Shown here: in pieces, positions 18,322 to 27,085 of the stretch
How the letters are laid out: every line of letters begins with the position of its first letter
Numbering within the stretch: position 1 is the stretch's first letter
From: an uncultured virus (IMG/VR IMGVR_UViG_3300042993_000002)
Lineage: Duplodnaviria; Heunggongvirae; Uroviricota; Caudoviricetes
Direction: 5' to 3' (one strand)
Virus record (IMG/VR): IMGVR_UViG_3300042993_000002
Length of the DNA: 37,490 nucleotides
Notes under the pieces: model-generated
The model's input: only the letters and a program-made list of their open reading frames with translations
The model's database searches: none
Told to the model about the DNA's origin: nothing
Made by a program: the position numbers and the translations under genes

Positions 18322-18887
18322 GTAAGTGGTACACGGGCATAGGCTCGCGTGAGACGCCACAAGACATTCAGGCAGTCATGACAGACGCTGCTGCGGAGTT
18401 GGCTACCCTTGGATGGGGTCTACGCTCAGGTGGTGCTGTAGGAGCTGACCAAGCCTTTGAAGAGGGTTGGTGGGGCCATCGGCAGCAGAAGGGTATCGAC
18501 TACACAGCAAACGATTACGAGTGCTACGTGCCTTGGTGGGGATATGAAGGACATGAAATGTCCAGTCATGACGGGTGCAACATCAATCCTGAGTCTTGGC
18601 CCAACTATTTCACTGCCACAGTGATGGCTGCGTTGCTCCATCCGAACTGGGAGGCATGCAAACAAGGTGCTAAGAAGATGCACGCACGTAATTGCTACCA
18701 AGTATTGGGCAAAGACCTTGCAACTCCAAGCAAATTCGTGATAGGCTATGCCAAGACTGACAAGAAGGGTGTACCACAAGGTGGTACGGCAACAGCCTTC
18801 AAGTTGGCTAAAATTTCGGGGATCGAAGTATTTAACCTGTATATCCCAGAACATCTTGACAGATTGACGAAATTCATAGGAGAATAG
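18318..18887 (+). CDS. SLOG/DprA-like Rossmann-fold nucleotide-binding protein
   Basis: YTGIGSRETP, LRSGGAVGADQAFE, HARN..QVLG, GGTATA, FNL. Confidence 0.82.
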   Translation: MSKWYTGIGSRETPQDIQAVMTDAAAELATLGWGLRSGGAVGADQAFEEGWWGHRQQKGIDYTANDYECYVPWWGYEGHEMSSHDGCNINPESWPNYFTATVMAALLHPNWEACKQGAKKMHARNCYQVLGKDLATPSKFVIGYAKTDKKGVPQGGTATAFKLAKISGIEVFNLYIPEHLDRLTKFIGE

Positions 18888-18888
18888 A

Positions 18889-19110
18889 ATGCATATAAAC
18901 TTCCAAGACCTCGTTGAGAGTCGACATTTGACTGCCGATGAACTGAACAAAGAGAAGATCGAACTCTTGAAGGAGCTGATTGATGAAGACTTTGATCTTG
19001 CACTGGTGCAACGAATTCATCACCTGATTGATGATGCGGAGCGTAGCGGTTATCATGGCGGCTACAATGATGCCCACTGGTATGCTAAAGGCGTAGGAGA
19101 CGGAGCATGA
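18889..19110 (+). CDS. hypothetical protein
   Basis: AGGAG RBS. Confidence 0.72.
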   Translation: MHINFQDLVESRHLTADELNKEKIELLKELIDEDFDLALVQRIHHLIDDAERSGYHGGYNDAHWYAKGVGDGA

Positions 19111-19170
19111 GTCACGCAGGAATGACAAAGGAACAGGCACAAGCCTATAAAACAACACAGGAGAAACAAA

Positions 19171-19476
19171 ATGGCACTACGAGTAATGGTACATGTAACA
19201 GCTTGGATCGTGGCACACAATCCGTCCTACACGGCGATTGTGGAGAGTTACTGGGTCGATGCAACGGCGGCTGGAAGTGCTGGTATTCTGGCGGATGTCG
19301 CAGCGCTTAATGCAGCCTCGGCTAACCACTATGCTGTTTCGCAATGGCACGTGTGGTATCAGGATGGTGGTCACGGGAAGTATAATACCCGTGATTTCAA
19401 AGCTCTGGAAATGACTCTGGGTGCTGTTCATCCTGAGCTGGCTCCAGTTCCTTTGATTCCAACACCGGAGGCGTAA
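19171..19476 (+). CDS. hypothetical protein
   Basis: AGGAG RBS; TAATG coupling to the next gene. Confidence 0.7.
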   Translation: MALRVMVHVTAWIVAHNPSYTAIVESYWVDATAAGSAGILADVAALNAASANHYAVSQWHVWYQDGGHGKYNTRDFKALEMTLGAVHPELAPVPLIPTPEA

Positions 19477-19952
19477 TGCTAAACCCCGCTGAGCTGAAAG
19501 CCTTAGATTTTAGGATTGGAAGAAATGCTGATCGTTTGATTGCTAAGGCTCAGCGGACGGTGTACACTGCAAAAGTTGGGAAGTTAGGTAGACCCGAAGC
19601 TTCCTTCAGCAACTGCGTACTCCCCGAAATGGTGGACGTGCGAATGAGTGGTGAGGACTGGCCACTCTGGGTTGACGATGTGTTGGCTGGAATTACACGG
19701 CTTGACTGGTATGCACAAGATGAAGATCAGGTTCCTCTTTCGATGGGGAAACTGTTGAAAATCTTCTGTAGTCTTGATATCATCAGCACTTCGCATGTGA
19801 GCCAGTTGTTACAATTGGGAGAACGACAAGCGAGACGTTATTTCAAAGCTGCACAGTTGGCACATCCAAAACTGATCGACGGGTACTGTGACGACACTGT
19901 ACACTCGATCCGTTATCCAGAAACATTTATCTATTATGGGAGATTACAATGA
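19476..19952 (+). CDS. hypothetical protein with probable HTH
   Basis: ISTSHVSQLLQLGERQARRYF resembles a helix-turn-helix; GGAGG RBS. Confidence 0.7.
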   Translation: MLNPAELKALDFRIGRNADRLIAKAQRTVYTAKVGKLGRPEASFSNCVLPEMVDVRMSGEDWPLWVDDVLAGITRLDWYAQDEDQVPLSMGKLLKIFCSLDIISTSHVSQLLQLGERQARRYFKAAQLAHPKLIDGYCDDTVHSIRYPETFIYYGRLQ

Positions 19953-21052
19953 GCGTATTCAATCGAGCAGGCGTGGCTGAGAAACCTGTGATCGCTGCTG
20001 ACCGTATGGGTGTCCCTGTACGCAGTCCGTTTCAAGAGGTGGCCGTAGCCAAGCCTTCGAACATGATGCAGCTCAAGGTTATCTCCGATGCTGACATTGA
20101 CAAGATTGGTGAATCCGTCTCTCGTGAGATTGGGCAAACCACTCAGAAGATTATTGACAAGATGGCTGTCGGTAAGTTTGATGAGCTGGGTGCAATCCTG
20201 ACTCAGATCAGCAACGAAGCCAACAAGCTGGACCCTGCTTCTATTCAGAGGGATGGCCTTGTAGGTTGGTTCCAGAACAAGTTCACTGACGTTAAGGGCA
20301 GGCTCATGCTTCGGCTGAACACAGCCCAGCAAGTGTTCCAAGGTCTGGAAGAGAAGATCAGTGCTCACATTACCGTGCAAAGTGCTTGGGTTGTGGATTT
20401 GGATATGCTGTACAATGAAAACTTCGCTCACTATAAGAAGATTGTGACTGAAATCACGGAAGTGGAACGTCTGAAGGCGTATGCCGAGCAGCAGATCGCA
20501 TCGTGGCCTGAGATTGACCTTAATCACCCTGAAGCTGCCATGCAGTCTCAATTGCTACGTGACGCACAGACAAAGGTGAATCGTTTAGACATGAAGGCTG
20601 ATAACCTTCGTCGTTTGAAAGCGATGACTGAAATCAATAGTCCAAAGATTCGCTCGCAACAGGATGCAAGTCGTGCTACTATCTCGACTCTCAAGGATGT
20701 GATCACTCAGACGATCCCTATCATCAAGATGGAGTTCGCAATGTTCCTGCAAACACTGGACGTGCAAAAGAGTGTATCTCTGACCAGTGAGGTCAGGAAT
20801 TTGGCAACAAAGACCTTGACACAGGGTGCAGAAGGAGCGAAAATGGCTGCCATCGCAAGCGCTACAGCGATGAACACACCAGTGATCACCACACAGACTC
20901 TTCAGACTCTGCGTGCCAAGATGCTGGAAACCGTTACAGAAGTAAATCGTGTAGAAGCTGCTGGTCGTGACCAACGCTCTGCCGATGCAGTAGAACTAGT
21001 ACAAGGTCAGAAATCGCTGTTGACAGCACTGACCCAACAAGGTAAGATTTGA
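19949..21052 (+). CDS. TelA/KlaB-like toxic anion resistance protein
   Basis: Long coiled-coil; GLVGWF; LDMLYNEN; PKIRSQQ...TIPIIK pattern; ter gene context. Confidence 0.8.
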   Translation: MSVFNRAGVAEKPVIAADRMGVPVRSPFQEVAVAKPSNMMQLKVISDADIDKIGESVSREIGQTTQKIIDKMAVGKFDELGAILTQISNEANKLDPASIQRDGLVGWFQNKFTDVKGRLMLRLNTAQQVFQGLEEKISAHITVQSAWVVDLDMLYNENFAHYKKIVTEITEVERLKAYAEQQIASWPEIDLNHPEAAMQSQLLRDAQTKVNRLDMKADNLRRLKAMTEINSPKIRSQQDASRATISTLKDVITQTIPIIKMEFAMFLQTLDVQKSVSLTSEVRNLATKTLTQGAEGAKMAAIASATAMNTPVITTQTLQTLRAKMLETVTEVNRVEAAGRDQRSADAVELVQGQKSLLTALTQQGKI

Positions 21053-21086
21053 CTCTCAAATCACAAACTAATCTAAAGGAGGATAT

Positions 21087-21737
21087 ATGGGTATGGCAAT
21101 GTTAGACCTGACTAAATCGCTGGAACTGAATCTCGTTAAAGCGAACATCTTCACCCCAATCACTATGGCTGTGAAGCTGGCGGTTGACAAATCTGGTTCG
21201 ATGGACGATGAGTTCCGTTGTGGTTGGGTACAAGACACCCTCGACCTGTTCCTCGCTGCTGCAATGAAGTTTGATGATGACGGTAAGATGGAAATCGGCT
21301 TCTTCAACACCAGCTTCAAGCGTGAGCGTGATATGGTAGAAGCTGACGCTGGCACCTACATCCGTCGTGAAGGCATCACTGCTAACGGTGGCACCAACTT
21401 CGCAGATGCTATCAAAGGTTTGAAAGGTAGTGCAACCAAACGTGGGCTGTTCGGTTTTGGAGCTGCGAAGGCATCAACACCAACCTACATCGGCTTCATT
21501 ACTGATGGTCAGAACAACGATCAGCGTGAGTTCGAAGCTCAACTGGATTCGCTGGAGAACACCTTCGTACAGATCGTGGCAATCGGCACCGGTGTTGATA
21601 AGCGTTACCTCGACTTCATCGCTGACAAGTATGACACTGTTGAAGTGCTGTACATCCCGAATCCGAAGGCTGTAGATCAGAACCGCTTCTACGAACTGTT
21701 GCTGAACGAAGAGTTCAAGGCTTTCGCAACTAAATAA
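21087..21737 (+). CDS. vWA-domain protein (Ter-associated)
   Basis: MIDAS DKSGSM, GGTNFA, FITDG, FVQIVAIG. Confidence 0.87.
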   Translation: MGMAMLDLTKSLELNLVKANIFTPITMAVKLAVDKSGSMDDEFRCGWVQDTLDLFLAAAMKFDDDGKMEIGFFNTSFKRERDMVEADAGTYIRREGITANGGTNFADAIKGLKGSATKRGLFGFGAAKASTPTYIGFITDGQNNDQREFEAQLDSLENTFVQIVAIGTGVDKRYLDFIADKYDTVEVLYIPNPKAVDQNRFYELLLNEEFKAFATK

Positions 21738-21740
21738 TTG

Positions 21741-21769
21741 TTGACAACACAAGGGCCAGTCAGTAAGAT
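21741..21769 (+). promoter_or_regulatory. sigma70-type promoter for terC
   Basis: TTGACA-17bp-TAAGAT; GGGCCA/TGGCCC inverted repeat around the -10. Confidence 0.8.
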
Positions 21770-21798
21770 GGCCCCACACAAACACAAAGGAGAACACA

Positions 21799-22485
21799 AT
21801 GGAATTTTTCGCAATGTTAGACTGGGCTGCAATCTTCAAGATCGTGATGATTGACCTGCTTCTCGGCCTTGATAACGCCATCGTAATTGCTCTGGCATGT
21901 GCGACATTGGCAGTAAGTGTTCGAGGTAAGGCAATCCTTCTGGGTACTGCTGGTGCCATCGCACTCCGAGCCATCCTGCTGGTCTTTGCAACCTTCCTCT
22001 TGGGCGTTCCGTTCCTGAAGCTGGTAGCTGGTCTGTACCTTGTCTGGATTGGTTACTCTCTGCTGACTGGGCACGATGAACCACACGAAGTTGCACAGAA
22101 AGACACTATCTGGGGCGCTGTTTGGACCATCATCGTAGCTGACTTCATGCTCTCGCTGGATAACGTAATGGCTGTAGCTGGTGCTGCTTCTGGTACTGAG
22201 CACTCGACTCTCTACGCAATCGCTGGTATCGCTCTGAGCATTCCAGTTATCGTCTACGGTGCGAAGTACCTGTCTGGTCTGATGGACAAGTACAAAGTGA
22301 TCATCTGGATCGGTGCTGCAATGTTGGGTGTGGTTGGTGCTGAAATGCTGATCTCTGATCCATTCTTCGTACAACATGTTGGCGAAGTGAACCACTTGCT
22401 GGCTAAGGTTGTTGGTGGTCTGATCGTTGTAGGTGCTGCATTCGCCAATAAGCAAGTGAATCTTGCAGTCAAAGAAACTGCCTAA
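21799..22485 (+). CDS. terC: TerC/YjbE-family integral membrane protein
   Basis: IDLLLGLDNAIVIALA and ADFMLSLDNVMAVAGA repeats; multiple TMs. Confidence 0.92.
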   Translation: MEFFAMLDWAAIFKIVMIDLLLGLDNAIVIALACATLAVSVRGKAILLGTAGAIALRAILLVFATFLLGVPFLKLVAGLYLVWIGYSLLTGHDEPHEVAQKDTIWGAVWTIIVADFMLSLDNVMAVAGAASGTEHSTLYAIAGIALSIPVIVYGAKYLSGLMDKYKVIIWIGAAMLGVVGAEMLISDPFFVQHVGEVNHLLAKVVGGLIVVGAAFANKQVNLAVKETA

Positions 22486-22492
22486 CCCTGAA

Positions 22493-22512
22493 GAGGGGCC
22501 AGTGTGCCCCTC
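22493..22512 (+). other. intergenic hairpin
   Basis: GAGGGGC-CAGTGT-GCCCCTC; no T tail. Confidence 0.5.
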
Positions 22513-22539
22513 AAACTAAATTTAAAAGAGGACTTGATA

Positions 22540-23115
22540 ATGGAGCTTAACTTGAGCAAAACTACTATGATGTTGGACCTGACCAAAGCCGCACCTTCCC
22601 TGACCCGCCTGCAAGGTATTCTGAACTGGGATTGCCATCCAGTTCACGGGGCTTCCAAAGAGTACGGCTTCGATCTTGACGTGTTTGTCTTCTGCCTCGA
22701 TGTAAATGGTAAACTGGGTAGCACAAGCGATGTAGTGTTCTTCAACAACATGTCGGCTTACAACGGTGCAGTGGTTTACCCACGCGATAACCGTACTGGC
22801 GAAGGTGCTGATGACGAAGAGATTCTGACTGACATCAGTAAGATTCCAGCTCATATCCACAGCATTGAACACTTCGTCTTCTTGCACGAAGCTGGTGTAC
22901 GTAACCAAGACTTCAGCATGATCGCTGGTGGTGCTTTCACCCTCTTCGATCAAGACGGTAAGCTGATTCAAGAGTACAAGCTACAGCAGTTTGCCAATGG
23001 CACTGCACTTCACGTAGGTACTCTGAAGCGACAGCTTACTGGTGGTTGGGGCTTCCAGCCAATGGGCGAATCGGCAGTTGCCGGTCCAAATGATGTAATG
23101 AAAGCTTTCGTGTAA
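22540..23115 (+). CDS. terD: TerD/TerZ-family stress protein
   Basis: FDLDVFVF, VVFFNN, DNRTGEGADDEEI, W.FQPMG. Confidence 0.9.
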   Translation: MELNLSKTTMMLDLTKAAPSLTRLQGILNWDCHPVHGASKEYGFDLDVFVFCLDVNGKLGSTSDVVFFNNMSAYNGAVVYPRDNRTGEGADDEEILTDISKIPAHIHSIEHFVFLHEAGVRNQDFSMIAGGAFTLFDQDGKLIQEYKLQQFANGTALHVGTLKRQLTGGWGFQPMGESAVAGPNDVMKAFV

Positions 23116-23120
23116 TGTCT

Positions 23121-23144
23121 AGCCCCTCTTCGGAGGGGCTTTCT
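23121..23144 (+). terminator. rho-independent terminator
   Basis: AGCCCCTC-TTCG-GAGGGGCT-TTCT. Confidence 0.8.
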
Positions 23145-23213
23145 AGTAGCCGAAGGCCGTCAATAAAATTTCTCACCAGTGGTGAGTTAACGTAGTGAGT
23201 AACAGGAGGAAAT

Positions 23214-23438
23214 ATGGAACTGGCAATAGGTCTTTCGATGTGTCTAACCCTTTTCGGGCTGATCGTTATGTTATCTGGAATGGCTTGGGCCATGTTCGAC
23301 GGTAGACTGTGGAGCAATCCCGGTGAAACCGTAATGCACTGGGGTTTGGGTATTATCTTGCTTGGTTTGATGATTATGCTTGTCATCCTACTGGTTGCTG
23401 CGGTACAATGTACTCTGACAACTACCTGTCAACTATAG
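23214..23438 (+). CDS. two-TM membrane protein
   Basis: AGGAGG RBS; two hydrophobic helices. Confidence 0.75.
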   Translation: MELAIGLSMCLTLFGLIVMLSGMAWAMFDGRLWSNPGETVMHWGLGIILLGLMIMLVILLVAAVQCTLTTTCQL

Positions 23439-23448
23439 GAGCCACGCA

Positions 23449-23793
23449 ATGACCGATCTACTATTTGATGCACCGTACAACAAGGATGAGCGAGACACGT
23501 TTGTCCCACGCCTGAAGCACTTCTACTTCGTTATCCCAAGCTTCAACTCTGATGAGGAAACTGTTCTGGAAGAGATTACTCTCTTCAAACAGCTCCAAAC
23601 AGCAATGCCACAATGGGGCGTCATTCACATCATCACACGTGACGCGATGTTTGGTGCGAGCCAACCGGTGTATACAGAGGAATATGTGGTGAACTACTTT
23701 ACACTGGATGTTGATGGTAACCGCGTACCACTCGTTACAGGCTTCTCTGAGTTCTCCTTTGCCAGCGTTGCATACGCTGACGTGAGTGCCTAA
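23449..23793 (+). CDS. hypothetical protein
   Basis: AGGAG RBS. Confidence 0.75.
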   Translation: MTDLLFDAPYNKDERDTFVPRLKHFYFVIPSFNSDEETVLEEITLFKQLQTAMPQWGVIHIITRDAMFGASQPVYTEEYVVNYFTLDVDGNRVPLVTGFSEFSFASVAYADVSA

Positions 23794-24056
23794 TGGCTGT
23801 CTACGCATGCTGGGCATGGATTGAGACTAAATGGGGCACAGAAGAGTATGAGTGGGTGCAGGGGTTTGATGTGGGAAGCGCGACACTTCCCTACAAGGGA
23901 CATGTAACAGTGTTCCGTCCCTTGGACACTGCTCTGGAAGAGGGCTTCAGTTCTGGGTTCTACTGTGAAGACTGGCAGCTACACTATGGTGTTGACAAGC
24001 CGACGCACAAGGGAGTAGAATTCGAGTTCATTCACCAAGTGCTTAAAGTGCTATAA
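23793..24056 (+). CDS. hypothetical protein
   Basis: TAATG coupling. Confidence 0.7.
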   Translation: MAVYACWAWIETKWGTEEYEWVQGFDVGSATLPYKGHVTVFRPLDTALEEGFSSGFYCEDWQLHYGVDKPTHKGVEFEFIHQVLKVL

Positions 24057-24065
24057 GGAGGATAC

Positions 24066-24257
24066 ATGATCACAACGGATAAGGGGCAAGTGCCTCACAA
24101 TACTTCTGAGGAAGCTCTGATAGATTATTGCGTTAGCACCTTCAACCTTATCCGCGAGACAGTTAAGGTGGATTGGGATGATGAGGGTGAGTGCATGATT
24201 ACAGGCAGGGAGAACGGAACTATTGAATTTGTATCTGTAGCAGGGACACTCCGATGA
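24066..24257 (+). CDS. hypothetical protein
   Basis: AAGGAGG RBS. Confidence 0.72.
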   Translation: MITTDKGQVPHNTSEEALIDYCVSTFNLIRETVKVDWDDEGECMITGRENGTIEFVSVAGTLR

Positions 24258-24427
24258 CCTCTGAGAAGGCTAAAATCCTTTTGAAAGGTGCTTACGAACT
24301 ACATCACCCGCACCGTGGACACATCATGGTGATGGGTGACGGCTCTTACATGAGCCTCCCAAACTATAAGAAGTTCAGAATGCACTGGTTCATGGTGAGT
24401 TGGGGCTTGAGAAAGGAGGAAGAATGA
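24254..24427 (+). CDS. small hypothetical protein (57 aa)
   Basis: ATGA coupling at both ends. Confidence 0.65.
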   Translation: MTSEKAKILLKGAYELHHPHRGHIMVMGDGSYMSLPNYKKFRMHWFMVSWGLRKEEE

Positions 24428-24576
24428 AACCACAGAATGAGTATGAAGACTTCTATACCCGACTAGCGGAAGTGTTGAATACAGCTCCAGCAGGAGCCGC
24501 ACGCTGGGCATCTGATGTATTGGAAATGTTTGGTAATGAGCACGAAGAACAACTATACCCGGAGGACTTTGAATGA
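24424..24576 (+). CDS. small acidic protein (50 aa)
   Basis: AAGGAGG RBS; ATGA coupling. Confidence 0.7.
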   Translation: MKPQNEYEDFYTRLAEVLNTAPAGAARWASDVLEMFGNEHEEQLYPEDFE

Positions 24577-24869
24577 ACAAACAACACTACGTCCCTGATA
24601 TGATGGGTTGCTCTGATGGTGGCTGTATCTTCCACTACAAAGAGCCGGGCACTATGGTGACTAATGGTGGCTGCCGTTGTCAAGCGGAGCTGCAACGCAC
24701 TGAGGAAGGCTTCAAGGCTGTACGCACTATCAACTGGCTACGTCGTAACTGGCCTGTAGTGGAGCAAGGCTATTGCCGCATGGGTGATAACTGTGTTTGT
24801 GGCGGGGATGTGCCTGAAGGCTGTGTTCCAGCAGTGCGAGAGGGGTGTTTCGAATGGAAATCGATGTGA
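24573..24869 (+). CDS. Cys-rich hypothetical protein
   Basis: GGAGG RBS; GCSDGGC...GGCRC and CRMGDNCVC...C..C clusters. Confidence 0.72.
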   Translation: MNKQHYVPDMMGCSDGGCIFHYKEPGTMVTNGGCRCQAELQRTEEGFKAVRTINWLRRNWPVVEQGYCRMGDNCVCGGDVPEGCVPAVREGCFEWKSM

Positions 24870-25018
24870 CACGCAAGAATAATGAGAATCCTACAGGATG
24901 GACAGCTTATGTAGCAGCCTATAAAGCTGCTCACCCTGACGCCATCATTGATTACAAAGTGCTGATGCAACAATATATAAAGGGCGTTGCCCTTCCAACT
25001 ACAGGAGTGAATCCATGA
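24866..25018 (+). CDS. small hypothetical protein (50 aa, GTG start)
   Basis: GTGA/ATGA coupling exactly fills the gap. Confidence 0.55.
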   Translation: MTRKNNENPTGWTAYVAAYKAAHPDAIIDYKVLMQQYIKGVALPTTGVNP

Positions 25019-25209
25019 AATTACCAATGCCAACCGCACAAGAGATTTATAACCTTGCTGATCGTGCTGAAGCAGCCATCTACAACTCAGGAGCACGTAC
25101 TGCTGACAAACACATTATTGAGAACGCTATTCGTAACGCTCTTCAGATTGTGATTGACAGGATGGACATTCAGATAGCTCCCGTCAGTCTTGATCTGGGT
25201 AAGTCATAA
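25015..25209 (+). CDS. hypothetical protein
   Basis: AGGAG RBS. Confidence 0.7.
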   Translation: MKLPMPTAQEIYNLADRAEAAIYNSGARTADKHIIENAIRNALQIVIDRMDIQIAPVSLDLGKS

Positions 25210-25424
25210 TGTCTGAAGCAAAGAGTAGTATTGAAGCTCTGCTTGCCATGATGCGGGTAACCCTCACTCCTGAAGAAATGAAGATTAGACAGGAGAAAAC
25301 TCTTGCACTCCATAAACAAATGGATGAGGAAATGATTGAACGGCACCGTTGCGGAGACTGCGGAGTGGATACGATCAACTACAGCCACTCATTCAGATGT
25401 CCTCGACGTGGGGGTGGCTACTAA
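25209..25424 (+). CDS. small protein with C-terminal CxxC...HxxxC zinc motif
   Basis: HRCGDCG...HSFRCP; TAATG coupling. Confidence 0.68.
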   Translation: MSEAKSSIEALLAMMRVTLTPEEMKIRQEKTLALHKQMDEEMIERHRCGDCGVDTINYSHSFRCPRRGGGY

Positions 25425-25711
25425 TGGAGCATGAAGGAAGACTGTTTGGGAATATGGAAGAACTAGAAAAGGACGTTCTTCGATATCAATCTCGTATGAG
25501 CATTGCACAAAGCATTGTCTATATGAAGCCACGTATGATAATGGACTTCGGAACACATAAGGTGCAATGGGTGTTGATCGAGAGTCATCATGACTTTCAG
25601 AAGATCATGGGTCTTCAATTCTCCCAGATGATGTTTGATGTTTCATTCCCTCATGACTGTCTGAGTTACTGTTTGTCTAGACTCAGAGCACCATCGAGAC
25701 ATGCCAACTGA
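25424..25711 (+). CDS. hypothetical protein
   Basis: TAATG coupling at 25424; last + strand gene of the block. Confidence 0.68.
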   Translation: MEHEGRLFGNMEELEKDVLRYQSRMSIAQSIVYMKPRMIMDFGTHKVQWVLIESHHDFQKIMGLQFSQMMFDVSFPHDCLSYCLSRLRAPSRHAN

Positions 25712-25772
25712 ATTTCCCAATCCCGCGATTTTCAGATTGAGACTTTCTCTAGCACACAATCCAAACCCCGCC

Positions 25773-25805
25773 AAAAATAAAGCCTCCTTCATTGGGGGCT
25801 TTTTC
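25773..25805. terminator. probable bidirectional rho-independent terminator
   Basis: AAAAATAAAGCCTCC-TTCATT-GGGGGCTTTTT. Confidence 0.8.
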
Positions 25806-26005
25806 ATGCCTGTCTGAAAACCTCCGAACCCGCAGTGGTGCTTAGCACGAAGCAAGGGGCCACTATGCTCGCCCGAGCAATTTGAAAATAAGCTGGCATC
25901 AACTTTGCATAAAAGAATGTCTCTTTCACTCACACGCATGCACACTACATAGGGCACGCACACAGAATACATGTCGCATATCTGTATCATTTTGTCAGTG
26001 GGATA

Positions 26006-26021
26006 TGTTCCACGTGGAACG
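26006..26021. promoter_or_regulatory. parS-like centromere palindrome (Pseudomonas-type)
   Basis: TGTTCCACGTGGAACG; 15/16 match to TGTTCCACGTGGAACA. Confidence 0.8.
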
Positions 26022-26198
26022 AAAACACACTCGAATCTGTCTGTAACCCTTGTACTAGAGCGTTATATCTCACAGTGCATATGCATTTGGGGATATACGG
26101 TCGCATGATATATAGAGGAACGTGTGAGCAACACGCTACGGCATGTATCATGCTCTACTGTTGTAGCGACAGCTACGTTAGTATTACATTGATTATTG

Positions 26199-26226
26199 TT
26201 GACATGCACACACAGACATGCATCCT
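26199..26226 (+). promoter_or_regulatory. possible sigma70 promoter pointing into the hairpin array
   Basis: TTGACA-16bp-CATCCT with an AT-rich upstream region. Confidence 0.35.
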
Positions 26227-26357
26227 ACGCACACGATAGGGGTATTAGGAATGCTTCGCATATGAGAAAACGAGAGAGAAAATGTCGCTCGCTTAGTCCA
26301 CAAGTGGCCTGCTCACGTGGGAAAGGGGTTTATCATGTTTTGAGGGTATTTCAGCTT

Positions 26358-26689
26358 ATACCGTAGGTATGATGGGATATCATGCAAAGCCTTATTCTAT
26401 ACGGCCTGCAAGGCCATAGGAGGCGTTTTAGTCCGTAGGACTGAGTAGGGTAGCCGCTAGCCGTAAGGCTAGGTTAGAAGACCTTTTAAAGAGGTTTTAC
26501 AGGGGTTTTCATTAATGAAAAAACCCCTTTCTAAGAAAGTCTTTTGCTCTTTTCTTCTGTGCTAACTCTTAAACCGTAGGTTTGAATATTGAACTACTGA
26601 AAGCTTACGCTTTCCAGAATCTGACTAGAAAAGAGTCATGTGCTAGGCGTATGGAATACGCATTAAATCCAGCTAGACGCATTTCGTCT
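26358..26689 (+). repeat. array of about 10 short inverted repeats, several with GNA triloops
   Basis: ATACC-GTA-GGTAT, GGCCT-GCA-AGGCC, AGTCC-GTA-GGACT, CTAGCC-GTAA-GGCTAG, AAACC-GTA-GGTTT, GAAAGC-TTAC-GCTTTC, GCGTAT-GGA-ATACGC and others. Confidence 0.75.
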
Positions 26690-26732
26690 CTAAAGAGTGT
26701 TGCGGCTGTTTTGTTGGTGAAATGTTGTTCAT

Positions 26733-26990
26733 TCATGGGATGTCAGTCTCAGGAATGAATGGGCATGTAAAGTCATAGTCTGTAACGCGTTCAATGGGTT
26801 CTATGATGTTGTAGGGCTTGAGCCATTTGGTTAGCTCACGGTTGGCGTATTCATCGCCCCAAGCCACTGCAAAGCTATCAGAACGCTTTACAAGCATTGA
26901 GTGACAGTCAGCTTCTGATGGGCTGCTATCTATGATGTAATCATTACAATGTGCTGCATTGATGCACAGAGACAAGATTAGAGCAAACAT
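26733..26990 (-). CDS. small exported Cys-containing protein
   Basis: AAGGA RBS; MFALILSLCINAAHC...C. Confidence 0.72.
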   Translation of the reverse strand: MFALILSLCINAAHCNDYIIDSSPSEADCHSMLVKRSDSFAVAWGDEYANRELTKWLKPYNIIEPIERVTDYDFTCPFIPETDIP

Positions 26991-27085
26991 TATTTTATTC
27001 CTTTAGCGAGCTTGATAAGCATGGTGAGGATGAAATAGCCAAGTGCAATAGCGATGATGTCAAACATATCTACGACAAGCTCCAT
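26990..27085 (-). CDS. single-TM micropeptide (31 aa; alternative start 27067)
   Basis: MELVVDMFDIIAIALGYFILTMLIKLAKGIK; TAATG-coupled to the next gene. Confidence 0.55.
   Translation of the reverse strand: MELVVDMFDIIAIALGYFILTMLIKLAKGIK

Noticed and set aside
19107..19310. 67-aa ORF coupled by ATGA to the upstream gene
   Set aside because: Overlaps by 140 bp the better-supported 19171-19476 gene, which has its own AGGAG RBS. It cannot be fully excluded.
25643..25990. 115-aa - strand ORF in the convergence zone
   Set aside because: Crosses the bidirectional terminator, overlaps a + strand gene, has no RBS and an atypical composition.
26358..26689. CRISPR array, tRNA cluster or REP elements as explanation for the hairpins
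   Set aside because: No identical direct repeats with spacers and no cloverleaf or T-loop motifs. GTAG lies in loops rather than 5' of a conserved REP stem, and no RAYT transposase is present.
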